Source: Roseibacillus sp.
GTDB taxonomy: Bacteria > Verrucomicrobiota > Verrucomicrobiia > Verrucomicrobiales > Akkermansiaceae
Reading direction: 5' to 3'
DNA length: 64,000 nt
Assembly: GCA_051251855.1 (NCBI GenBank)
Contig: JBPOGI010000002.1
Span: forward strand, 96,001-160,000
Below, in pieces: positions 42,101 to 49,973 of the stretch. The position numbers were made by a program, and so were the translations under genes. The stretch's first letter is position 1; the number at the start of each line of letters is the position of its first letter. The notes beneath the pieces are model-generated. The model did not search any database, was not told where the DNA came from, and worked only from the letters and a program-made list of their open reading frames with translations.

Positions 42101-42645
42101 GCTCTTGGCATCACGTTGTTGGAGTGACGAAAAACGGTGTATCTTCCAGCCTTTGGGTGGATGGTATGTTAGTTGAGACTAAGTTAGGCGATACAACGGT
42201 TATTACTGATTCCGCGAATAGCGTTCTCATCGGAGGAAACCCAGATCATGCTGGAGATGGAGGCGGAGCCTACCGTTCTTGGGGTGGCAACATTGATGAT
42301 GTCGCAGTCTGGAAACGGGCTTTGACGGATAATGAAGTCACGACCCTCTTCTACGATGGTAATGACCTTCAGTATCTCATCGACAACGATGTCACTCCGA
42401 CCGATCCACCGATCCTCGCCGACGTCGCCATTGCTGATTGTTACTTCGATGGAGCCAACTTCAGCGTAGATGTGACCGGACTTGCTCCGACCGTCAACTA
42501 CGTGATGAAGCGGAGCTTGCTGTTGGATGGCACGGATTGGGCAGATGTGGGAACTCAGTTCACTGGGGGAGCCACTAACACCTTCGTTGATCCCGCTCCA
42601 GTAGCTAAGGCCTTCTACCAAATCTTCGAGGTAGCAGCGCCTTAA
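39196..42645 (+). CDS. Secreted surface protein: three LamG-like domains separated by DxDxDG (TSP3-like Ca-binding) repeats
   Basis: Three GYW(Q/E)F...DD(I/V)AxWxRxL modules; duplicated TDWCVADSDxDG..GFVTDPN..DTDGDGF linkers; signal peptide. Confidence 0.88.
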   Translation: MKIKPLSLICAAGGFLPFSLLAQYDADLLGYWQFEGDLTEDSGAGVHDGTAFGTVAYAAGPTAAFGQSVSFPAADAAAVPPVDPSGVIVDNTKSSELGYVNTFDDGISDALSISFWASGLPGNWSPFISKRGEDNLGYQVRRHSTTPNATFTLRGTDGEEDPQGSIDISTGQPVWTHYAATWNGVTGERRLYVNGVEDTAVSQSADFISGTAGQGPDLATDNWLTFGMRHREPTTPTVFQNFFAGDMDDIAIWNREISSTEAFQLAQAPLDDILLETDADGDGLFASQEAAFGTSDDPADANSNDFDGDGVSDYDEFVKGGDGANDDDFDMDGLTNLQETSGSANPWTSGVSGATPGETTDWCVADSDGDGIDDGEEVVAGVDGFVTDPNSRDTDGDGFADGAELAEGSDPTDANSLPPITTGLVGYWEFENDLVETSGEHAPGTHDGATTDGFPAEFGTGPTVLDEGVLGDFGSSLNTVAEGTSYGVYVLGSNAQETAGYVDTFDAGIGNEFTVSLWAKGWPGANWDPFISKRGETNQGFQIRRRGNTTNATFTLRQTLGEDDPNVGNNAGGGQTGTTGVPVWKHYLGTWNGTTGERKLYVDGVLSFTITGDFETGAGVSAATNYWMTFGSRHNNADFTPTEGDVNGIFSNLSFEGELDDIAFWHRELKPTEAAQLSTAPLSFILTQTDADADGLFATQEAEFGTSDNDSDSDDDGIDDLAEFLKGSDGAVDDDPDMDGLLNSQESSGSANPFVAGVNVGLPGTETTDWCVADSDNDGINDGDEVGSVNGFVTDPNNADTDGDGFSDGAELAATPPTDPLDPLSKGTDWEKGLCGYWQFDDDLTDSGVLGLDGIMQGLDTTETYATGQFGSAIDFDKLNEQRVQITGNENLLDGTGSDFTVSAWVQIDAFDQNWQAIISKGDEPTDWRLARYNNSNGPAFVGGNADVPGNGDGAANTATANLHPVNDGSWHHVVGVTKNGVSSSLWVDGMLVETKLGDTTVITDSANSVLIGGNPDHAGDGGGAYRSWGGNIDDVAVWKRALTDNEVTTLFYDGNDLQYLIDNDVTPTDPPILADVAIADCYFDGANFSVDVTGLAPTVNYVMKRSLLLDGTDWADVGTQFTGGATNTFVDPAPVAKAFYQIFEVAAP

Positions 42646-42676
42646 ACGGTTGCGTTAGCAAATTCTTAAACTAACA

Positions 42677-42709
42677 GCGCCGAGGCTTTATGAGCCTCGG
42701 CGTTTTTTT
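42677..42709 (+). terminator. Rho-independent terminator
   Basis: GCGCCGAGGCT-TTATG-AGCCTCGGCGT followed by a T-run. Confidence 0.88.
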
Positions 42710-42821
42710 GTGCTCTGATGTCATTTTCCTGAGCAAATGGAATGAGATGCTGGATGCGTTGGAACCCACACAACGGAAGTGGAATGAACCTGTGTTGAGC
42801 AGTTTTCTCGGAGAACTCCCA

Positions 42822-42953
42822 CGGTAGGGTCGTTTTGATAAAACGACCGCGAAACGTCTCAGAAAGATCGAGTCATGAGAGATTTGCTTGCACGGTCAAG
42901 CAAAGCGGTCGTCGAGAAACACTCGCAGACCATTTATCAAATGGTCCCTACCG
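42822..42953. repeat. GTAG-type REP doublet
   Basis: CGGTAGGGTCGTTTTGATAAAACGACC ... inverted CGGTAGGGACCATTTGATAAATGGTC. Confidence 0.75.
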
Positions 42954-43050
42954 ATGAAACCTCCTCCTAACACAATGCCATTCTACTGAAGTCGAATGGC
43001 ACTGTGATAGGCGAAAAATCGGGAGCTTACGAAAGCAGTGGCCGCAGGCT

Positions 43051-43198
43051 TGGGAGAGTGGCTTTTTAAGCCGCTGGGGTGGATCTCGCTAGTAAGAGAG
43101 CCGACGAATCACTACAGGAACAGCGGATTCGGAAACGAACAGGCCTACTCTCAACATTCTTTATTTTAAGGTGGCGGCTTGGAAAGACCACGCTCCCA
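43051..43198 (-). repeat. ~150 bp REP-doublet/MITE-like element, copy 3 (inverted)
   Basis: TGGGAGAGTGGCTTTTTAAGCCGC ... CAGGCCTACTC ... GCGGCTTGGAAAGACCACGCTCCCA. Confidence 0.85.
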
Positions 43199-43286
43199 TT
43201 TCCTTGCCCACGACACGACAAGGTGTCTTAGCGCCAAGCCATTCGACTGAAGTCGGCGCTCCTTTTTATCAAATCAGACGGAGAGC

Positions 43287-44726
43287 TTATTCTTCCGTAG
43301 GGACGAGGCGGATGACGGTGTTGGGTTTGTTGAGGACGACGTAGATGTTGCCGTCGTAGGGATTGGTGGCGACGTCGCGCACACGGCCGATGTCTTTGAG
43401 GATGATTTCGCGCTCGACCACGTTTTCGCCATCAAGCCGGATGCGAGTGATGGATTCGTGTCGGAGCCCACCAGCGAAGGCGTCGTTTTGCCAGTTGGGA
43501 AACTGGTCGCCGGAATAGAAGTCGAACCCGCAGGCGCCGATACTGGGGAGCCAGTAGTAGACGGGGTCGACGATTCCGTCGCGCTGGGTGACGGTGCCCT
43601 TCATGGGGGTTCCGCTGTAGTTCATCCCGTATGAGGTGTCGGACCATCCGTAGTTAAGGCCGGGGAGAATGATGTTGAGCTCATCTCCGCCGCGAGGGCC
43701 GTGCTCGGTGGACCAGACTTTGCCGGTGGCAGGGTGCAGGGCGAATCCTTGTGGGTTGCGATGGCCGATGGTGTAAATGCCTGGCAGAGCGTCGGGGCCG
43801 AAGTCGGGGTTATCGTCTGGAGTGCTGCCGTCGTCTTTGAGCCGGTAGGTTTTTCCGGTGGGTTCAGCGGGGTCTTGGGACTTCATTTTGCCGCCACGTT
43901 CGCCGACGGGGAAGAAAATGTCTCCATCCTTGAAGACGATGCGGGTGCCATAGTGGACGCCTGAAGAAGGGTAGAATTTCTTGTCGGCTTCCCAAATGAT
44001 TTCCTCGTCTACCCACTTGTTCTCCTTGATGCGGCCGCGCACGTAGCGGGTCATGGCATGGTTCTTTTTGCCTTTTTTGAAGCCGTCGGAATAGCCGAGG
44101 TAAATCCAGCCATTCTCTTCGTAATCTGGGTGAGGGGCGACTTCCATCATGCCGCCTTGTCCGTGATGGGTGACTTCGGGCGTGCCTTCGATGACGGTGA
44201 GTTTGCCGCCAGGGCTCATGAGGCGGATAGGACCGGGGCGCTCGGTGATGAGCTTGGAACCATCAGGGAGGAAGGCGATGGCCCAGGGGATATCGAGCTC
44301 GGCGTCTTCGTCGATGACCATTTCGATTTTGTAATCGTGGTGTTGAGTCTTCGATACTTCGCCGAGCTGCGGTTTGGGGAGGTCGATGCCTTCCGCGAGG
44401 GCACGGGCGTTCTTTTCCTGAATGAAGATGACGAGGCTGCGGATTTTTTCGGAGGAAAGAACGTTCTCGAAGGCGACCATGCCGAAGTCGGGATTGCCCT
44501 TGGCGATGTTCTTGGTGATGGCTTCGGTGGTGGAGCCGTGCTTCCACTCGTCATCGAGGAAGGAGGGACCAAGGCCGCCAGAAAGGTCTTCTGCGTGGCA
44601 GGAAGCGCAGAGCGTTTCATAGAGCTTCTCGACTTTGAGGTTATCAAGCTCAGAGGCGTCAAATTCCGCGAGGTCTTGAGCGGAGAGGGGTAGGGGTAAG
44701 AAAAGAGCGGCAAAAAGTGATTTCAC
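43287..44726 (-). CDS. PQQ-dependent sugar dehydrogenase (GSDH) with N-terminal cytochrome c
   Basis: CASCH; PWAIAFLPDG, GQGGMMEV, GHRNPQG, EHGPRGGDELN, GRVRDV. Confidence 0.9.
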   Translation of the reverse strand: MKSLFAALFLPLPLSAQDLAEFDASELDNLKVEKLYETLCASCHAEDLSGGLGPSFLDDEWKHGSTTEAITKNIAKGNPDFGMVAFENVLSSEKIRSLVIFIQEKNARALAEGIDLPKPQLGEVSKTQHHDYKIEMVIDEDAELDIPWAIAFLPDGSKLITERPGPIRLMSPGGKLTVIEGTPEVTHHGQGGMMEVAPHPDYEENGWIYLGYSDGFKKGKKNHAMTRYVRGRIKENKWVDEEIIWEADKKFYPSSGVHYGTRIVFKDGDIFFPVGERGGKMKSQDPAEPTGKTYRLKDDGSTPDDNPDFGPDALPGIYTIGHRNPQGFALHPATGKVWSTEHGPRGGDELNIILPGLNYGWSDTSYGMNYSGTPMKGTVTQRDGIVDPVYYWLPSIGACGFDFYSGDQFPNWQNDAFAGGLRHESITRIRLDGENVVEREIILKDIGRVRDVATNPYDGNIYVVLNKPNTVIRLVPTEE

Positions 44727-44865
44727 AGTTCTTGTGATAACATTGCCCTGCCGGTGGACAAGGGGAGAAGTGTCTAAAGAGTGGGCCTATCTATCGAGAG
44801 CTGAAACCTTCTCTAGCGCGAATGGCACGAGTTTAAGCGCATTGGTCGAGACATTGGGGAAGCAA

Positions 44866-45013
44866 TCGGGAGTGTGGTCTTTAAAAGCCGCTACCTCAGA
44901 TCTTGGTCAGTTGAGGGTAGGCCTGCTGACCTTCGAATCCTTGAATGAGTAGCCTTTGAACTAGCCTTTCGAATCGCGATCAACCCCAGCGGCTTACAAA
45001 GCCACTCTCCCGA
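44866..45013 (+). repeat. ~150 bp REP-doublet/MITE-like element, copy 4
   Basis: TCGGGAGTGTGGTCTTTAAAAGCCGC ... GGGTAGGCCTG ... GCGGCTTACAAAGCCACTCTCCCGA. Confidence 0.85.
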
Positions 45014-45144
45014 GCCCGCGGCCCTCACTTTCGATACAAACTCAAGCTTTGGACCAGTAAGTGTCCTAAGCGCGTGCCATTCTCTCTAGCCCGGATTTCT
45101 CTCGGGACATGAGAAATTCGCCCGCGGGGCCGACTGTGTCGGGG

Positions 45145-46164
45145 CTAGGGATTTTCAGTGATTTGTTGCTGAATGTAGGGCCCAAAGTCAGAGGGAAGCA
45201 AGATGGTGACTTTTTCGAGGCCATCGCCCATCGGTTCGGTCGTTCTATTTTCTTCCAAAGGGGTAAAGGGGAGCAGGTTGATGAGGTCCCCAGTTAGTAA
45301 TTGGTGGGTGATTCCAACGCGATCGGTGGCTTGTTGGTAGGAGTATTGGTAACCGTTGGTGACGGCCTGGAAATCTAACAAGGGCGTGGAGCTTGCTAAG
45401 TCTGGATGAGTTCCTGCGGCGAACTCGATTCCATTGGCCCAACCGTCGTCGTCGGCATCGTCTGCGAAGGCAACTTCGCTACTTGTGCTGAGATTTTCGG
45501 AGACCCAAGCGGCATAATCTGTCCCTGCGGGGGCGGGCTCTGCGACGTTAATGGCAGCCCGGATGAGATTGATGTTGGTGGTTCCCAAAGAGCCTGAAGA
45601 AAGTGGGACGTCGTTGTGTCGAGTCACCAGGTTGGAACCATCGGTTGCATCAACAACGACAATACGTCTCCGATTAGAGGAACCTAGAGAGCCTGGGGGG
45701 CTGCTGGCGGGAAAGCCGCTGAAGAGGCTGAAGCTTTCTCTTGGGAGGGTTCGATCAGCTGCAGCATCCAAGCCCCAGAGGGTGTAGTTATTATTAACGC
45801 TGAGGTTGATGATATTGCGGTCTTCTCCAACGGGTTCCAGCGAGAGGGCGATGTATTCGATCTCGATGCCATTGTCGTTTTTTCCTTGGTTAGCGCCGCG
45901 GCTGGAGCTCTCAAAGAAGTCGATGATGTTGTCTCCCAACTGAGAGACCATGGTTCCTCAGCTGGGTCACCAAGGGGTGAAGTAGACAATGACGGCCACT
46001 TTACCCTCGAGTTGAGAAAGGGAGGTGTCGGTGAGGTTTTGGAGGGTGTTTCCGCTGGTTGAGGAGCTGATGCTAAAGCTTTGGTCGGCGATGGAGTCGC
46101 CCGGATTGGGAACTGCGTTAGCAAAGGTAGTAGAGAGGAGGAGGCTGAGTAAAAGACGGTTCAT
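45145..46164 (-). CDS. Secreted TlpA/thioredoxin-like protein with two in-frame TGA codons at the CxxC site (putative UxxU selenoprotein, 339 aa)
   Basis: ORFs 45967-46164 and 45145-45951 share a frame; junction TGG TGA CCC AGC TGA GGA ACC ATG gives SLSQLEGKVAVIVYFTPW-U-PS-U-GTM; IEYIALSLE strand follows; C-terminal DYAAW..DADDDGWANGIEFAAGTHP module. Confidence 0.75.
45926..45951 (-). promoter_or_regulatory. Putative bacterial SECIS hairpin
   Basis: AUG-GUCUCUC-AGUU-GGGAGAC-AA-CAU: 7 bp stem plus 3 bp extension, G at loop position 2; loop begins 16 and 25 nt after the two UGAs. Confidence 0.55.
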
Positions 46165-46169
46165 GGACT

Positions 46170-47330
46170 CTAGAATTGATGGGAAATCGCAAGGCGGCTG
46201 ACCAAGAAGTGGCGGTCTTGATAGAGACCTGAGAAGAATTCATTGTCGGCGCCGAGGGCTCCGTAGTTGCTATCGAAGAAGCCGAAGGAAAGTCGAACCG
46301 ATGTTTCGGATCCTTTCCAGGCAAGGCTGGCGCTGATTTCAGAGGAGTCGAGTTCGGGAGCAGCAGTATTGAATCCAGCGGTGGTGAACTCGCCGGAGTC
46401 GTGGTAAATACGAGCGCCTAAGCCAGCGTGCCAACCGGAGGCGATTTCGTAGTTGAGATTGAGGCCCCCGTAGTAGGCTTCGAAGTTGGGGTTTTCGTAA
46501 GTGGCTCCGACTTGGCCTCTCAAGGTGAGCTTGTCGGTCATGGCCCATGCCCAATTGTTCTGCAGTTGATAGCGGACTTGACGATCGGTGGTTCCGGTCG
46601 CGCGGAAGATGAGCTGAGTTTTGAGATTTTCGTTAAGCGCTTGTTCCCAATTGAGGGAGCCCGAATAGGTGATGAAATCGCTGCGAGTGGGAACGGGCTC
46701 GGGTCGAAAGGTGATGGGGTTGGGGACCCGGCTCCAAGCGGGAACGATTTCGTCTTGGCCATAACTAAAACTGGCGGTGAGGCGTCCCCCCCGACGATAG
46801 TCCCACACGACTCCTAAGTCGTAGGCCCAGCCATAAGGTTCGGCGGCATCGTAGCCCGCCACGCTCCCTGCTCCGCCAACAAATTGGTCGTAGTATTCTG
46901 CAATCCAAATGGATTGGTAGTCTGCGAAGCCATCATAATAGCGACCTCCTCCGCTGACGGAGAGGGTGTCGGTGGCTTGGTAGGCGAGAGTGAGGCTGGT
47001 GCCCCAGGTGTTTTCTTGTCTCTCGATGGGTAAGGTGGCTCCAACGGGATCGGTGTAGTTGATATATTGCTCGGTGTAGTATCCGTTGACGGTGAGTGTG
47101 ATGTCATCGACCTCGTGCTCAAAGGTTTGGGAAGTTCGGCCAACCCAGATGTCTTCGTTGTAGAGGGCTTCGTATTCGGAGTCGAAGCGCTGGGAGCCGC
47201 TAAAGAGGGAAGTGAGCCAAGATGAGGTTTCTTCGCTACTTTCTGTAGCTTCATCATAGACATCGTTGCTGAGGTCTCCTGCGAAAAGAGATACAGGAGC
47301 AAGGAGGAAAGGAAGGAGTGAAAATTTCAT
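46170..47330 (-). CDS. Outer-membrane beta-barrel protein, DUF3570-like
   Basis: Signal peptide from ATG 47330, alternating aromatic beta-strands, C-terminal RLAISHQF; sits between the DUF4266-like and thioredoxin-like genes. Confidence 0.7.
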   Translation of the reverse strand: MKFSLLPFLLAPVSLFAGDLSNDVYDEATESSEETSSWLTSLFSGSQRFDSEYEALYNEDIWVGRTSQTFEHEVDDITLTVNGYYTEQYINYTDPVGATLPIERQENTWGTSLTLAYQATDTLSVSGGGRYYDGFADYQSIWIAEYYDQFVGGAGSVAGYDAAEPYGWAYDLGVVWDYRRGGRLTASFSYGQDEIVPAWSRVPNPITFRPEPVPTRSDFITYSGSLNWEQALNENLKTQLIFRATGTTDRQVRYQLQNNWAWAMTDKLTLRGQVGATYENPNFEAYYGGLNLNYEIASGWHAGLGARIYHDSGEFTTAGFNTAAPELDSSEISASLAWKGSETSVRLSFGFFDSNYGALGADNEFFSGLYQDRHFLVSRLAISHQF

Positions 47331-47350
47331 GGTCGTGAGTCTCAGAAATT

Positions 47351-47560
47351 TTAATGGCAAGAGGCACAGCCGCCGCCTGCGCTCTGGCCATTGGCGGAGC
47401 GGCCCCGCTCTACGAGGCTGACGAGACCACAATCCATGAGATCGGCTCCCTTTTGATTGAAGCTCATCTCAGTTCGACTGAGGCCAATTTCATCAACGAT
47501 CGAGATCGATTGGCAGGAGTTGAAAACGAGCGGAATCGAGAGGAAGAACAGGGTTTTCAT
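47351..47560 (-). CDS. Small lipoprotein, DUF4266-like, ending GGGCASCH
   Basis: Lipobox FNSC, 69 aa, Gly/Cys C-terminus resembling the DUF4266 GGGCGC tail; first gene of the operon. Confidence 0.7.
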   Translation of the reverse strand: MKTLFFLSIPLVFNSCQSISIVDEIGLSRTEMSFNQKGADLMDCGLVSLVERGRSANGQSAGGGCASCH

Positions 47561-47683
47561 GGCTGGTGCGTCTAGAGGGACGAATCATCCAAGCATGTAT
47601 TCCCTTCTTTTTTGAGGAAATTGTATGAGATTGGCTTTTTTCGCTCAGATAATGGGATGTTTAGCCGAACGATATGAAGTTCG

Positions 47684-48373
47684 TTATTTCATGTTCTGCC
47701 CGCGAGTTCTTCGTGGCTGGATTGGTCTTTGGCGCCGTTGGCCTCTTTGACGGTCTCGTCTTCGGGGGCTTCTTCGGTTTCGCCAATTGTTGTGAGCTGT
47801 TGCCTCACGAACCTCTTCGCCTTCGGCAACTTCCGCTGATGCTTTATCGGTTGCTGGGGCTTCGAGCCCGTATTTCTCGGGGTCGAGGAGTTGCTGTACT
47901 TCCTCCTGAATGCTCTCGACGTCGGCGAGGGCGATCTGGGGGTCTTTCACGATGAAGACGTCGCCGGTTTTGCGGTTTTCATAGATGCGAAGGAGACCGG
48001 TAGGGAGCTGCTGGGTGTCGGTCTCGCGGATGATTTTTTTGCGCTCCAGCATTGCGGCAAGAATGAAGCGGGCGTTCTCGGTGTGGGCCTCGTCGTCCTC
48101 AATGAGCTTAGCAAAAAGAGTTTGAGGGTCGTGGGGGGTGACTTGAGTCTCTTCTTCTTTAACGGGTGGCTTGTAGTGGGAACGCCAGAAAGAGAAGGGC
48201 TGAGTCTCGTCTTCGCGAGTGTCCCAAGCGGCGACGGAGTAGTCGAGGCGGATATACCCTGAGGCTTCGGTGTCAGGGAAGATGGCGGCGATGAAGGGCT
48301 GGTCTTCTTGGAAGGCTTCGCCGGTGAGGTGGCAGCAGTGGGACCGGGACTTGATGGAGTAGTTTTCGACCAT
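47684..48373 (-). CDS. Hypothetical protein (possible frameshift in the tail)
   Basis: Protein-like core (PFSFWRS, ARFILAAMLERKK, GDVFIVKDP); ATG 48373. Confidence 0.75.
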   Translation of the reverse strand: MVENYSIKSRSHCCHLTGEAFQEDQPFIAAIFPDTEASGYIRLDYSVAAWDTREDETQPFSFWRSHYKPPVKEEETQVTPHDPQTLFAKLIEDDEAHTENARFILAAMLERKKIIRETDTQQLPTGLLRIYENRKTGDVFIVKDPQIALADVESIQEEVQQLLDPEKYGLEAPATDKASAEVAEGEEVREATAHNNWRNRRSPRRRDRQRGQRRQRPIQPRRTRGQNMK

Positions 48374-48442
48374 GGGTGAGAGGAGAGAGAAGTGTTTGAT
48401 AGCCCCTTTGAAGCCTGCAATCAAAGAGTATTCTACGCTGCA

Positions 48443-49780
48443 TTAGTTGCCGCAGAGCCTGCGGATGGACTGGAAGATGGGGCGTCCTTTGAGGCGACGC
48501 TGAATGAGGATGAACGAAACGAGTAAAAAGATGCCGTTGGTTGCCCAAGCGGCCGGAATGGCGGGGATTTGGCCGGAGTCGCCGAAGGCGAGAAAGACTT
48601 CTGCGCAAAAGAGCATGAGGGCGGAGAGAATGACGGCGACAGCGACGGTCCCTCCTCGACCACGGCGAGCAAAGCTGATGCCAAGGGGGGCGGCGAGAAG
48701 GACGGTGACGAGGCAGAGGCAAGGTTGTGCCCAGCGATAATGAAGTTGTGTTTCAAAGGCCGGGGCTGCGAAAGAGTCGCGGCCGGGATTATGTTTGAGC
48801 CAGTCGGTGATACCAGGGATTCCTAGGTAGCGGGCGTCGAGGCCTTCTTGGATGAGCTGGGAGGGAGTTTCGGGCCACTCAGGCATGATGAGGGGGTCAG
48901 GGAGGCCTTTTTCGTATTCGGGAGTGGGTTCGCTTTGCACGAGGAGGCGGCTGGGTTTTGCGAAGCTCCAGTTTCCGGTTTCGCGGTTCCAGCTGACGCG
49001 CGGGGACTTCAGGCGGCTCAGGAGAGAGCCATCTGGGCTGATGGTGCTGATTTGGACATCGATGAGAGGGCTTTCTCCGCTGAGGTCGTAAGGAAAGCCG
49101 CCAATGTGCCAGAGCCGTTGGTCGCTCGCATTGTGGTGAATGACGTTAGAGGCCTGCGAGGTCTCGCCCTCACTAGCAGACTTTAGGAGGGCTTCGCGGT
49201 ATCCTCGGGCCCAAGGGGCCAAGTGGAAGTTGAGGAAGAAGGAGATGAGTGAAAGCAGGCAGCCGAGAACAACGAGGGGCCGGAGAAGACGGGAGATGCC
49301 GCGACCTGTCTGGGTGAAAGCGATGATTTCTCGAGAGGCTGAGAGCTGGCCTAGGGAGTAGAGGAGGCCAAGGAGAATGGTGAAGGGAAGCAGGAGGACG
49401 AGGGTTTGGGAAAGAAGGACGGCGTAATAGGTGGGGAGAAATTTGGAGGGGTCTTTGGCGCTGGTGAGGTCATCCATGGAGTCTTGGAAGTCCATGATGA
49501 CGAAGAGGAGGAGAAAGCCGAAGGTGGTGATGAGAAAGGCTGTGAGGGTCTTGCGGAAGAGGTAGCGGTCAAGAATGGAAGCGAAGGTGTACCAAAGGGC
49601 TCCCAGGGCAGGGACGAGGCAGAGAGCCTTGACGGCCCAAGGGCGAAGACCGTGGAGTTCTTCGTCAGCATCGGGGAAGCCAATGAGGTAGTTCCGTACG
49701 GATTCTTCCTCAAAGGGTGCGAGGAACCATCCTGCAGCTAAGCCGAGAATGAGAAGGATGATGAAAGGAAGGAGTCGCAC
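48443..49780 (-). CDS. LptF/LptG family LPS export permease
   Basis: ILDRYL, LSASREIIAFTQTG, central beta-rich domain, IPAIPAAWATN. Confidence 0.88.
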   Translation of the reverse strand: MRLLPFIILLILGLAAGWFLAPFEEESVRNYLIGFPDADEELHGLRPWAVKALCLVPALGALWYTFASILDRYLFRKTLTAFLITTFGFLLLFVIMDFQDSMDDLTSAKDPSKFLPTYYAVLLSQTLVLLLPFTILLGLLYSLGQLSASREIIAFTQTGRGISRLLRPLVVLGCLLSLISFFLNFHLAPWARGYREALLKSASEGETSQASNVIHHNASDQRLWHIGGFPYDLSGESPLIDVQISTISPDGSLLSRLKSPRVSWNRETGNWSFAKPSRLLVQSEPTPEYEKGLPDPLIMPEWPETPSQLIQEGLDARYLGIPGITDWLKHNPGRDSFAAPAFETQLHYRWAQPCLCLVTVLLAAPLGISFARRGRGGTVAVAVILSALMLFCAEVFLAFGDSGQIPAIPAAWATNGIFLLVSFILIQRRLKGRPIFQSIRRLCGN

Positions 49781-49973
49781 AGAGAACGGAAAGGATTTGA
49801 AAGGAGATTGCAGTCCTTGGGAAGAACTGAATTGGGCTGCTTAAATTTGTCAATCCTCTGGAACGCCTCGGGATTTTTGCCGTGGATGAAGCTAAGAGAA
49901 ATTTTAACAACGCACCTACCCATCGCGCTCGACGGTATCATTAGGCTGCTGTCGAGCGCGCTGTGCTGACTCC

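Noticed and set aside
45958..45969. Genome-wide TGA reassignment (Trp or Gly) as the explanation for the in-frame TGAs
   Set aside because: TGA terminates clearly complete genes elsewhere in the window, and long genes use TGG without internal TGA
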